Origin: Camelus ferus
Lineage: Eukaryota
Reading direction: 5' to 3'
DNA: 64,000 bases
Assembly (NCBI RefSeq): GCF_009834535.1
Contig: NC_045696.1
Location: 41,480,001-41,544,000, forward strand
Part shown: piece after piece, positions 40,130 to 51,914 of the stretch
Layout of the letters: each line of letters opens with the position of its first letter
Position numbering within the stretch: position 1 is the first letter of the stretch
Position numbers and translations under genes: made by a program
Notes under the pieces: model-generated
The model's database searches: none
What the model saw: only the letters and a program-made list of their open reading frames with translations
What the model was told of the DNA's origin: nothing

Positions 40130-41794
40130 GATTACAACTGATTAAAACCAGAAATCAAAAACAAGAATAGTTTTTAAACCCCCAATTGTTTGGAAGTTAA
40201 GTAACACATTTCTAAATAATCCATGGATTAAAAAAATCAAATGGAAATTAGAAATCATTTTGAACTAAACCACCATGATCATACTATATACTAAAGTGTC
40301 TAGAATGCAATTACAGCCATGCTCTGAGGGAAACATAGTTTTAAATGTATATATTAGAGAAGAGGAACAATTAAAAATTGATCTGAATATCTACCTCAAG
40401 AAGCTGAAAAAGCTAAAAATAAAAACCAGCAAATCACACCCCAAATTAAGAGGAAGGGAATAAAGGAAAGTGGAAATTAATAAAACAGGAAAACTTTTGA
40501 TCAGAAGGATAAATAAGATAAAACTAATTCTTTGAAAAACTAATAAAATTTTTAAATTGGTGATGAAAATGGTCAAGAAAGTAGGAGAAGGCCTAAATTT
40601 CCAGTATCAGGAATGAAAATGGGACATCACTAAAGATTATATAGATATTAACATTATAATAAGAGGATATAAATATATGCCATTAAGTTTGAATATTTAA
40701 ATGAAATGGACAGATTTCCAGAAAATAAAATGTAATTTACTGAAATTGACACAAAAATAAACACTATGAACCCTTTAATTTTTTAATTTAATTTGTGATT
40801 TTAAACCTCTCCCCAACTTCCCCCCAAAGTTACAGACTCAGATAGGTTAATGTTAAATTCTACCAACTATTTTAATTAAATAATCACTTATTTTATACAC
40901 ACTTTTCCAAAGAATAGAAAAAGAAAGACTTCTTCCCCTCTTTAAACAAGGTCACCACAACCTGGATATAGGCAGATTTTGCTTAAAACTATTAAAGAAA
41001 AAATACTCTAAACAAACTTTTAGTTAACTGATATAAAAAAGAGAATAATATATAATAGCTAAACAGAGCTTATTCCAGAAATACAAGATGATTTAATATT
41101 AGATATTAATATTAATGTTTACAATAATAGAGCAAAGGAAAAAACTTATTTGATCATCTCAATAGATGCAAAAGACCATTTGATGTAATTCTATATATAA
41201 TTCCTAGAAAACAAGAAATAGAATAGTTTAGAGGATATCTAATGAGGGAAAAAATTGTGGCAGATGTCATACGCAAAATGGTACAATACTGAAAGCTTTC
41301 TCTCTGAGGTCAGGAACAATAGAAGGATACTCGTTGTCTCCACCATTCAACTTTGTACTCAAGGTTCTAGCCAGTGTAATAAAGCAAGAAAAAGAAGTAA
41401 GAGGTTTGGAGTTCAGTAAAGGAAGAAACAAGGCCAACATTATTTGCTTATGAGCTGCTTGTAGAATACAAAATAACCTACAATAAATTATTAGAAAAAA
41501 ATAAATGAGTTTAGCAAAATTGCCAAATACAAAATCAATATGACAAAAACCAATTGCATTTCTGTACCAACAGCAAACAGAAATGAAATATTTAGGGTTA
41601 TCATTTATAATAGTGTAAAAAAATACCAAATCTCTAGAAATAAATATAGCAAAAGGTATGAAAAAACGCTACTATGATTAACAGACCATATAAGGGTTAT
41701 GGCATTTCTTAGATAGAAAACTCAATTGTTTAAGTTGTCAGTCCTTTCCAAACTGGCCTAAGAGTTGATAAAATGCTAATCAAAACTCAGCAGA

Positions 41795-41837
<43 letters not shown>

Positions 41838-41980
41838 GTGTTTGTGTGTAGCTTAACAAGCGGATTCCAAAATTCACATGGAAATACAAAGGGCTAAGAA
41901 TAACCAAGATGCTCTCAAAAAACAAAGCAGAAGAAATTTATCAATAAATATTAATATATCTATATAGTTAAGATCATACA
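40130..41980 (+). mobile_element. Ancient LINE-1 ORF2 remnants
   Basis: tttctaaataatccatgg, gatcatctcaatagatgca and gaaagctttctctctgaggtcaggaacaa. Confidence 0.85.
41798..41849. repeat. (TG)n microsatellite, imperfect
   Basis: Seen directly. Confidence 0.97.
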
Positions 41981-42326
41981 GAATCAACATAAAGATAATT
42001 TAATATTTCAGAGCCTTCTAATTCTGTGCCTTCTTAGTCGCTGAAAATATTTATACTTCATTACCAAGTGCAAAATTTCAGAATGGGCGCATATCCTGAG
42101 CTAGGTAGCTGGAAAGTAAAATAGCCACTTCAAATAATCTCAGGAAAACAGGGAGCAAGTTGTTTAACTAATATTTATTTCAGCTACCATTTAACTCCTT
42201 GCTTCAAACTTCAATATAGTTCCTGTGAAGCTAAAAAGAGTCATGTTTTTGACACCCTTTTTGCTCCAGAGAAGTGGAGCATCAGTGAAGTAACTGTCAC
42301 TCTCCCCTAGGACGATAGTTTAATGT

Positions 42327-42882
42327 TGTTAGGAAGTTGGATAAGTGGGGTCACCGGGCAGATAAGGCGGGAAGAGAGGGAGGATGGTCTGGAAGATGGT
42401 GGTATGCCTGCCTCCAGCATAAAGGGGCTTTACTTCCCCCTGAATGAGTGCCAGCAAGAAACCGGTTAGAGCCCGAGAGCAGCAACTGCACAGTGGCAAC
42501 AAGGACCTAACTGGACATGACCCAGTGCTCACTGTAATATAATTAAAACTGCGGTTTAGGCTCCATCATGGGTTTTTCTCAGTGCATTAAAGGTAAAGAC
42601 ATGTGAAAAGGGGGATGAGCATAACTAAGCACTCCAGGGGCAAGAGCCATCAATCAATCAAGAGACCACCTCTAAGTGAGGAAATAAGACAAGGGGCAAA
42701 CAAAGACCATAGTTACCCACCCTTGGATCAGTATGCCTCCCATTCTTGGAGGTGGACTTTCCCTTTGCTAAATAAAACCTTTAAAATCTTTCACTACACA
42801 ATGCTTCTGTCTCCTGTTTGAATTCTTATCTTTTGGGTAAGACGAGAACTGGGGTCTTTTCCCTTCCCCTTTTGCATTAACA
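42327..42882 (+). mobile_element. Solo ERV LTR (4-bp TSD, ERV1-like)
   Basis: TGTTA...TAACA termini. TSD atgt at 42323-42326 and 42883-42886. AATAAA at ~42772. Confidence 0.9.
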
Positions 42883-42959
42883 ATGTCATGACCTAAAAGC
42901 AAAGTACTGGGCCATATAAAATAGTGTACCGATCATCTACATACCTCTTTATGTTCTCA

Positions 42960-44130
42960 TATCTATTTCTGATGTACATACATGTGTATGCATTTCTGCT
43001 GGGTTCCACTAAGAGTGGAGCTGCTGATTATAGGACATGGATGGGTATATATACAGCTTTATTTGATACTGCCAAACAACTTTCCAAAGTGATTTTTTCA
43101 CTATACAATTTTACCAGCAATATATGAGTATTCCCTTCCCAGCATTCCTTCTGCACACCAATACTTGGTATTTTGGTCTCTTTAATCCTAGCCATCCTGT
43201 TGGAGGTATAGTGGTAGTGAGACAGGATGGCAGGGGGCAGGGCACAGCCATTCAAGGAATGCCACAGCAATTAACATCAAAATGGAAGAGTCAACCCCCA
43301 GTAGGCCTTGAGGCTCAGGATGATGAGAGATTTAACTTTTAGTAGATCTGAGATTGATTATACGCCCATTGTAACATATTAACAAGGGAATAACACGCCC
43401 ACAGGCACCAAGGCAGTCCCAAGGCTAGCCACAAAAGGTCAAAGAGTGGGAAATGGCCAACTTCCTGGGAATCCCAGCCCCTTCCCTTTAGACTGGTCCT
43501 TCCACTTATTAGCATATGAAGCCACCAAGCCCATTAAAAACCAGCAACACAGCGCCTTGCGGCCGCCCCTCTCTCTCCCTCTTGGGAGAAGTCCCGCATT
43601 CTGTCTATGGACAGAACCTACTTTTAATCTGAGCACCCAACCCTCACACCTCGTGGCCATTCTCTTGCCTTTCAATGTATCTCTCTGAATAAATCTACCT
43701 TCACTCAACCTTGGCTCGCTCTTGAATTCCTTCCTGCGTGAAGCCAAGGACCCACGCTTGGCGGGGCACATCCCAGGAGCTCGACCTAAGCCTGGGACAC
43801 AGCCCTTCTCATGTCCCACATCTGTCTTCCTGAATCAGTAGCTCCTTAGGGTTTTAACTTTCATTTTTTCAGCTACTGAAAAGTAGGCTATTTGGATATT
43901 CTCTTTGTGAAATGCCTTTCAATTTCTTGCTCATTTTACTATTGAGTTGTCACTTTGGTTTACTATTGGGTTGCCTCTTTCCTGGTTTTTATGCATTCAC
44001 TGCATATTTTGGAAGTAAGCCCTTTGCTCATTATATGTGTTATAAATACCTGCTCCCATCTGTAGCTTGTGTTTTCATTTTCTTAGGGGTGGATTTTGAT
44101 GAATATAATTTCTTATGTTTAATGAAATAT
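42960..44130 (-). mobile_element. Old LINE-1 3' fragment split by an LTR
   Basis: gatactgccaaacaactttccaaagtg and atattctctttgtgaaatgcc on either side of the LTR. Confidence 0.75.
43218..43837 (+). mobile_element. Solo ERV LTR (4-bp TSD, ERV1-like)
   Basis: TGA...TCA termini. TSD gtag at 43214-43217 and 43838-43841. AATAAA at 43688, then U5-like ggctcgctcttgaattccttcctgcgtgaagccaaggaccc. Confidence 0.92.
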
Positions 44131-44204
44131 TAAAAATAATGGAAAGTAAGTTAATAAGTTAAAATGAAAGAAAGTTAAAACATATAAACTTGCGCCAAAA
44201 TCAG

Positions 44205-44332
44205 ACATTCCAACCTTGGCTGCACATTGGAACTACATGGGGAGCTTTAAAAAACATTGATGTTTAGGTTCTACCCCAGTCTGACTAACCTGGTCCTGGG
44301 TGCGTCCAAGGAATCAGGATTTTTAAAAGCTG
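44205..44332. mobile_element. MER5-like hAT MITE fragment
   Basis: caaccttggctgcacattggaactacatggggagctttaaaaa...ggatttttaaaagct. Confidence 0.8.
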
Positions 44333-46275
44333 TAAAATTACTTGATAGACTGAAAAGTTTTAGAATTTATTGATTCTATACAGGTGTTTTACAGAGTCAA
44401 GTTAAACAATGTTTTTGTGACCTAATATGTGTATGGACAAGGGACAAACATTAGAGCTCCAAATACTGTGGAAAGAACCTGAAAAAGTCTTACTATTACC
44501 AGGTAGCCAACGGAACAAACATCACAGAGACTAGGGGCTTTCCAAAGTTTTCCTCAGTTATTTTCCTCTTTGATTACAAGGCTGTCTCAGGCTGTGATGT
44601 TTGGAGAATAGCCTACTGGCCTCCAAAGCCAAGAGCAAGCCATCTGGCTCCAAGTACACTGGGTTCCAATTATGATGCTGTAGACATTTCTTTCTTTCTT
44701 TCTTCCTTCTCCTTCTTCTCCTTAAATAAAACAAGGTCCTTCCATTTTGTTTTCAAGTTTCTAAGTTTTATTTTGCTTTAGGACTCTCCCTACAGCAGCA
44801 GTCCTTATAATGTATTTACATTCTGAACTCACAAGTAAATGCTTCAAAAGGCTCCCTTATCCCAAGTTAATCACTCAAAAGTAAAACCACAAAGACACAT
44901 CTGCAGTAGCAAAGAGTTCTTTGCAAAGCAAAAGATACATAAAGGATCTTTTAAGACTCGATGAAAAATTACAGTCTATTTTCTAATTAGGGGGTGATTT
45001 CAAAGCATTCAGATAGAAATAAACCAAAGATTCATCATTCTTTAAAACTATTTCGGCTGCTTATTTCCAAGAGTCAAGAAACTGCAGAACCATGAAAAGT
45101 GATTCAACAAATCCTGCAGCAACTACTCTTTGCCAGGCCTCACATTAGGACCACAAGTTAGCAGAGAATAAAAGCAAAGCAAGAACCGAAGCCTGGTAAG
45201 TAAGAGAAGATAGAAACGACTTCCTGAGGAAAGAGAAGTAGTCAAGCAGTCTTCTGTGGTCAGATTCCTTTACTGTTTGGCCCTGCTCAGAGCTTGTGAG
45301 TTTTTCACACAGAACAATGTTCTACCCTCCCCTTCCCAGAGTGGTGCTTGGCCTTAAAAAGTTCTGTAGTTAAAAAGCTCAATTTAATTTCCAGCTTTTT
45401 AAACGCCATCAAGTGCTCTTGCTCAGGGACGGGAGATGGTTTTCCGATTCCCTTGTGTATTATACAGTCAATTGCAAAGAATGGAAACCAAATTGACCTG
45501 AATTAAGCAGGGGGTAAGAAAAGTTTGCTAAAAGGTACTGGTATCTCCCATTTATTTAGACTGGAAAATCAGGCTCAGAACAGGCAGAAACAAAGGAAAG
45601 CTCTGCAGGTGTGGTCACAGCCAGAGTCACAGCACAGACCAGCCAGGAGGACGAGCAGCTCCCACCCTGCCCCGCCCCAACCCCCAGCGCTGCAGCCCCT
45701 CCCGAGACACTGCTGCTGCCTCCCTCACACAGCCCCTCCCGGCCTGTGCCTCCACCCTGGCCCCAGGAACTCCTAACTGAACATCCCAGACCTCTGTATC
45801 TGATTGACTAGTCCCGTAAGAGCTAGAGAAGCACTGTATGAGAATTTTCTGTTTCTATGATGGTAAGAATTTTCAGCGTCTGTAGTGAGAGACAGGCTTT
45901 GCTTCCCATCAGAACCTCTGTGGCAAGGAATTTTCAAAATATAGGAAAGGAGGTAAAAAGCTGGAGAGCTTCCAAAAAAAAAAGGGCGACAAGCAGGCAC
46001 TCTTTCACAGACTTCTCAGGTAATTCTTTCAGGAAATGTGTCATGGGCGTAACTCTCTTTTCCAACACTGTAAGGGAAACTGTATTTTGATGGCCATTCA
46101 TGAGTAAGTAGCATATCTAATTTCATACGGAAGTCCAAACTTCTGTTAACCCAAACACCACTCTCTGGAAATCTGCTACTAACGCTGTAACGACTGTATT
46201 CTTCTGGGTGAAGTCGCCCAGAAAACCCTCTCCCCTCTGACCTGGCCTCCACTTCACACGCAACGTCATACATGG

Positions 46276-46474
46276 CAGTCGCCCCTCAGCATCCACAGGG
46301 TCTGCATCCCCTGCGGACACCAAAATCCGCAGATGTTCATATCTCACATACAAAATGCTGTGGTACAGTCGGCCCTCCCTTGGGCAGGTTCTGGAGAAGC
46401 AAAATCCGCAGGGAAATTAGTCCGCAGGTAGTTGACTCTGCGGATGCAGAGGCGCAGATACGGAAGGCTGACTG
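46276..46474. mobile_element. TcMar-Tigger MITE (MER2/MER8-like)
   Basis: Terminal inverted repeats cagtcgcccctc...gaaggctgactg followed by TA. Internal accaaaatccgcagatg. Confidence 0.85.
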
Positions 46475-46649
46475 TATTTTGAAATTTAACAATTCATAGC
46501 CTTCTACCTCAAGGAGACTGCGCTAGGTTTCACGGCTGTGTAAGATATCATTATCTTCATCCTTCCTTCCTTTGCTGGCCATCAGCCACGTCTAGGGTAG
46601 TCTGAGTCCTCCCTCCCTAGTCAGACGTCTGCCCATTCTCCCCTTTTGT

Positions 46650-47102
46650 TGTGAAGGAAAAACCGGGCTGGTCTAGCAAGATAACTCACAGGTCTAGGAA
46701 TGTGAAGGAGAGGCTGCGCTGGGCTAACAAGTCTAAGTATTGGAATACTGATCTGAGTTCTGCTAGACTAACTTGTAAATCTAGGTTAATTAGTGTTGGT
46801 TTGCTGTTTATGTGTTTTTGCTAGCCAGCTGGATTTTCAAAGATACATATCTGGCTTTGGAATGTTGGTTTGCTGCCTCCCCGCCTCCACTTTTGTGATG
46901 ATAATGCTGCTAAAGCTGTTCCATGCCTATTGGCCGAATACCCCAAGCTTGTACTTTACCCTATAAAACCTCATGCGCACGTCTTGGAGGTGCTCAGAGC
47001 TTTGGAGCAGAAGCCCCTCTGAGCCCGCCGGCGTAATACATCTGAGTACTCCAACCCTCCGAGTGGTGCTTGTTTCTTGGCTGGCCTGTCGTTTCCGTAA
47101 CA
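46650..47102 (+). mobile_element. Solo ERV LTR, young-looking
   Basis: TG...CA termini. TSD ttgt at 46646-46649 and 47103-47106. TATA box cctataaaa at ~46960. CpGs retained. Confidence 0.93.
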
Positions 47103-47861
47103 TTGTCAGTGGTAGTCCTGAGCAGCCGTAGTGCTACATGGAAGTAGATTTATCAGACAGAAGAAGGTCACCAAAAATGAAAGCTACCACTTTATAAAGT
47201 AAGCAGCAACTAGCTGAAGTATGTCCGAGTCTTTACTGGATCTCCCATACCATTTGCCTTCCTCCCACATGTGGTACCTTTTTTCCCCTCCTCTTACTTA
47301 ATGTCATCCAGAAAGAATCTGGAACTCAATCACTGACTAGTCATTTAGAATGACTGATACTCAAAAATCTGCTGGGCTCAAACCTTTGTTTGCAACATGC
47401 ACCAACCCAGGGGCATCCTTGAGTTCTGCCCAGATGTTTCAGAGATTTGCTGAAAAGTATCTTCCATCTAACAGTGAAGACTTTAAACTAACCAAGAATC
47501 CCTGCTTTTTCTTCTACTATTTGCTTTTACTATACTATACAGACTGTACAATGTATTTCTAACACAGCCCAATACAAGAGTCAGATACTAATGCCAGATA
47601 CTTTACAAAAAATCTATAATTCTATTTTTGGATTCTGAAATTTTGGTTCACTTTTTTCCCCAGTTATAATTTTATTACATACTTTCCTCAAAGAGTTAAA
47701 ATCTCTATGATTAAGAGTTATGTAACCAAGTTTTCTTTAACCATAAATCCTAGAACAAAAGAACCCTGCTTTCTGGCTAATTTTATCAGTTAAAATGGCT
47801 GTGATGGCTGACAAGCTGATCTCTGACTTGATAGAACAGTTTACTTAAAAAGTACAAGTTC

Positions 47862-48025
47862 GGGGTGGGGAGGGTATAGCTCTGTGGTAGAGTGCAGCTC
47901 AGTGGTAGAGTGTGTGATTAGCACGCACAAGGTCCTAGGTTCAATCCCCAGTACCTCCAGCATAATAAATAAACCTAATTACCTCCCACCTCCAAAAAAA
48001 AAAAGTCTAGATTGGAACTTTTTTT
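47862..48025 (+). mobile_element. tRNA-derived SINE (camelid vic-1-like)
   Basis: A box tagctcagtgg, B box ggttcaatccc and AATAAA repeats. TSD aaagtacaagttc at 47849-47861 and 48026-48038. Confidence 0.93.
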
Positions 48026-48925
48026 AAAGTACAAGTTCATATTCAGGTTAGTACCCATAATGACAATGATATTAAAGTATCTCAAAAGGAACCCTATTAG
48101 TTCCTTTAGCATCATTCAGACAAAACTCTAGAGCCATTTATCAGCATCATTCTACTAAACTATCAAAACTAAGTTATAAAAGGATGTTGAATTTTGTCAA
48201 ATTTTTTTGCATCCTAGTTTGAGATGATCTGTGAATTTTAGCCTTCATTCTGTTAATGTAGTATATCACATTTACTGATTTGTACACATTGAACCATTCC
48301 TGCACCCCAAGGATAAATCCCACTTGATCATGGTGTATGATCCATTGAATGTGTTGTCGAATCCAGTTAGCTGGTATTTTGTTAAGGATTTTTGCATTTG
48401 TGTTCATCAAGAATATTGGCCTATAACTTTCTTTTTAAGAGTGTCTTTGGCTGGCTTTGATATCAGGGTAACGCTGAACTGGTAAGAGCCATTTAAAAAA
48501 AGGAAATCCTGCTATTTGTGACAACAAGGACAAACCTGGAGGATATCATATAAATGAAACAAGCCAGGAGAGAAAGTCAAATACTATCATACAAATATAA
48601 ATCATATGATATTACATGTATGTTAATAGAAACAGAGTATAATGGTGCAGTCACCATACAAAAAGAAAAAATGTTGTGCACGTCTATGTTCATCATGGCA
48701 TTATTTACAGTAGCATAGCCAAGATATGGAAACAACCTAAGTGTCCATCAAGAGATGAATGGATAAATAAAATGCGATACATACATACACATACACACAC
48801 ACACACAGAGTGACCTACTACTCAGCCATAAAAGAGATGAAATCTTGCTATTTGTGACAACATGGATGGACCTTGAGGGTATTATGCTTAGAGAAATAAG
48901 TCAGATGGAAAAAGACAAATACTGT

Positions 48926-49243
48926 TGAGAAGGAAAAGGTTGGGCTGGGCCAAGACTGGGCTGGGCTAACTCATGAATTTTAAGTTTCACCTTACTAGAA
49001 AGGTTTTGGTTTACTGCAAATGACCCTTTGTTTACGCTTTAATGATACTGCCTAGCTGTACTCACTCTATTGGTTGATGGACCCCGAGCTTGTAAGGGAC
49101 CCTATAAAACCTCACTTACACTTCCTGGAGGTGCTCAGAGCTCCGGAGCAGAAGCCCCTCTGAGCCCGCCAGCGTAATAAATCTGAGTACTCCAACCCTC
49201 CAAGTGGTGTTTGTTTCTTGGCTGGCCTGCCAGTTCTGTAACA
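48926..49243 (+). mobile_element. Solo ERV LTR, same family as 46650-47102
   Basis: TSD ctgt at 48922-48925 and 49244-49247. The ~140 nt from cctataaaacctca to taaca is near-identical to the other copy. Confidence 0.93.
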
Positions 49244-49559
49244 CTGTATAACTTCACTCATATGTGGAAAATAAAAAAACTAACAAATAAATGATAAGTA
49301 TATAAATAAATAAACGAACAAACCAAACCAAAAACAGAAAACAAAAAACACATAGATACAAAGAACAGAGTAATGGTTATCAGAGATATGGGGGGAGGGC
49401 AAAATGGGTAAAGGGGATCAACTGAAAGGTGATGGATGAAAACTAAAATTTTGATGGTGAGTTTGTTTTAGGGTATACAGGAGTAGAAATGTAATGTTAT
49501 ACACATGAAACTCATATAATGTTATAAATCAACGTTCTCACAATAAAATAAGTTTTTTA

Positions 49560-49712
49560 AATTTTATTTATTTATTACTGTGTTTTTTTTTATTTTGGCA
49601 GGGGTGGGGGAGGTAATTAGGTTTGTTTATTTTTATAGGAGGTATTGGGGATTGAACCCAAGACCTTGTGCGTGCTAAACACGTGCTCTACTACTTGAGC
49701 TATACCCTCCCC
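49560..49712 (-). mobile_element. tRNA-derived SINE (vic-1-like)
   Basis: Antisense ggggattgaaccc...gagctataccctcccc. Flanked by similar aaaataa(g/a)tttttaaa repeats. Confidence 0.92.
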
Positions 49713-50954
49713 TATCTAAAATAAATTTTTAAAACTAAAATTAAAAAGTAAAAAGAAAGAAAACATGATAGATGTGTTGACTTGACTGTGGTAACCATTT
49801 TACAATGTATATGTATTTCAAATTGTCACATTGTACAGTTTAATTATATACAATTTTATTTGTCAATTATCTTAATAAAACTGTGGAGGGGTGGCGATAA
49901 TTAGTTTGAAAAAGAGCACAGGGTCCTAGGAACTAACTATTTGCATTCTACCTAAATAAGCTTGTGGTTATAATTGCATTTGGTAGTTACTTTATTGTAA
50001 GAAGCCACAACGAAATCAGGTTGTGTGGCATTTTACCTAAGAAATTCCTCAATTTTCCTACTTACTCAGGCTGATAAAGCTATTTTAAATCCCCTAATAA
50101 CTTGGTCTGATATGTCAAAACCATAAGCTCAAGGGATTAACAGAAAGAAGCATGTTAAAGCTCAAAATAATCTAAGAAAAATATTCCCTTAGAATGTTTA
50201 TCTAATAGCAAGTAACTCATATAAAAGTTTACAAAACCTTAAATAACCTTCTTTTTAGAAACTTCTAAATTCTCTGAAATCATTTGTTTTAACTTCACAG
50301 AGATATCTATCTAAAAGTATCACTATATAAATAAAGAATAAAGAAAGCAATATTTTCCCCGCAAAATAAAAAAATCTGTGATAAAAAAGGGTTGGTACCC
50401 CTAAACAAAACAGAGGTTTGCCTTAACAGTAGTTCCTTAATTTAAAAAAAAAAATCTATTCTGGAATAATCTAAACCAGAATCTTTTATTCAACCACAGA
50501 AAGTCAAGACAGATAAAAACAAATATTTAAAAATAAAGCCTACAGAAATACGTAACACCTAAGGTCAACGCAGCAGCCACTTTGGGGACTATAAAGTCTG
50601 TTTCCTCTCAAAATGTAATCTTCATAAGGAAGTACAGGCTATAAAAGCTTAGATTCTTCCAGAAGCTTTCTAGTTAGTCATCTATCATCCATCTCTTCAA
50701 ACCAGTAGCCTGCAGGTTTCATACAATGTAGTCCAGTACTTTCATACAATGTAATCACCCAGAAAATGTGCTTAAGGTAAGTCCTATAATGGTCAAACTT
50801 CCTGGGTCAGTTGTAACAAATCTATACTCCTGTGACTGACTCCTCAGGACAGAAGCCTGGAACAAAACCTTCAAGAGCTGTAGCACAATGAAAAGAATAA
50901 ATTCATAGGAGTGCTTGGGGAAAAAAACTCTTAAGTATGCAATTAGCACAGTTT

Positions 50955-51492
50955 ATTAAGACATGGCCATGGAGATCATTGGGTTTCCAGGTAACAACCA
51001 GAACTTAATAATTTATATTCAAATCTGCAAGTAACATGTTGTGCTGTAAATGTTGCCCCAGAGATAGATGCCATTCACTGGCCAAGGACAGTTTTAACAT
51101 CTGTGAGCTGGCCTTGAGATGAGTTAAGGCCATGGGACTCAAGACCACAATCAGAGCATGTCTGTAGTATGTAGTAAATAACAGCTGTAGGCATTTGTCA
51201 ATTATATAAGATTTATAACAAAGAAAATAGAAGCACGCATGCGCTAGAGATATTCTGTAAGCCTAATGAACAAAGAAATTCATGTTGCTCATGTGCTGGC
51301 AGAGAACAGATAAAAAGCAGGACAGGTGCATCATAGGCATGTGCACCACCCTGTGGCAATAGAATAAAGTGTTTTAATCCCATGGTGTCTCCTGCTGAAG
51401 TCTGTCTGGCAGTATGGCAACTCCTCGCACATTTTTTCATTTGGGCTGCTCATCTCCTAGAACCCCATGTCAGCCCTCCTCTGCGGACAACA
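50955..51492 (+). mobile_element. Possible old LTR
   Basis: LTR-like layout: gataaaaagcag, AATAAA at ~51364 and a ...gacaaca end. No clear TSD. Confidence 0.4.
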
Positions 51493-51914
51493 TCACAATA
51501 TAAAAGAGCATCAGCACTGGGTGGTCTACATTCCTCAGAAGCAATGGTTAGGATTCAGCATCTCCTGAGCATTAGGGAAGGCATCCTTGTGCTGACCAGC
51601 TATTGCTGGTCAGTGCAGCAAAAACTCCATTGGAAACCCTTGCCCCAAGAAGCCCAGAATTTCTTGCACTGTCTGAGTAGACAGAATAAAAACTGAATGT
51701 CTTTTTTTTAATGAGGTATTCAGGCAGTGACTAGCATCACTGAGGCAGTAACCAGAGAAGGTAACAGTTTCAACTTTCTATTTCTCCTCCCATCAGACCA
51801 GCTGACGCTCACTGAAGTGGGAGTAGTTCTTCCTTTCCTTGTGCTCATAAGACCATTGTCTAAAACTGGCACCACAGGTCTTCTGAAAACCAAGAAAAAT
51901 TCACTCATAACAGA

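Larger units (their letters stand above)
48175..49883 (+). mobile_element. Nested LINE-1 cluster
   Basis: Antisense ORF2 piece at ~48175-48480 joined to a sense L1MA-like 3' end. That end is interrupted by a second L1 3' end (~48670-49555), which hosts an LTR and has a SINE in its tail. Confidence 0.8.

Noticed and set aside
46016..46273. 85-aa - strand ORF in CpG-richer DNA
   Set aside because: No homology recognised and no clear splice support. Its length is compatible with chance.
46650..49243. Two similar LTRs as the ends of one provirus
   Set aside because: Each has its own TSD, their U3 regions differ, and the interval holds host DNA, a SINE and L1 pieces with no PBS, gag or pol.
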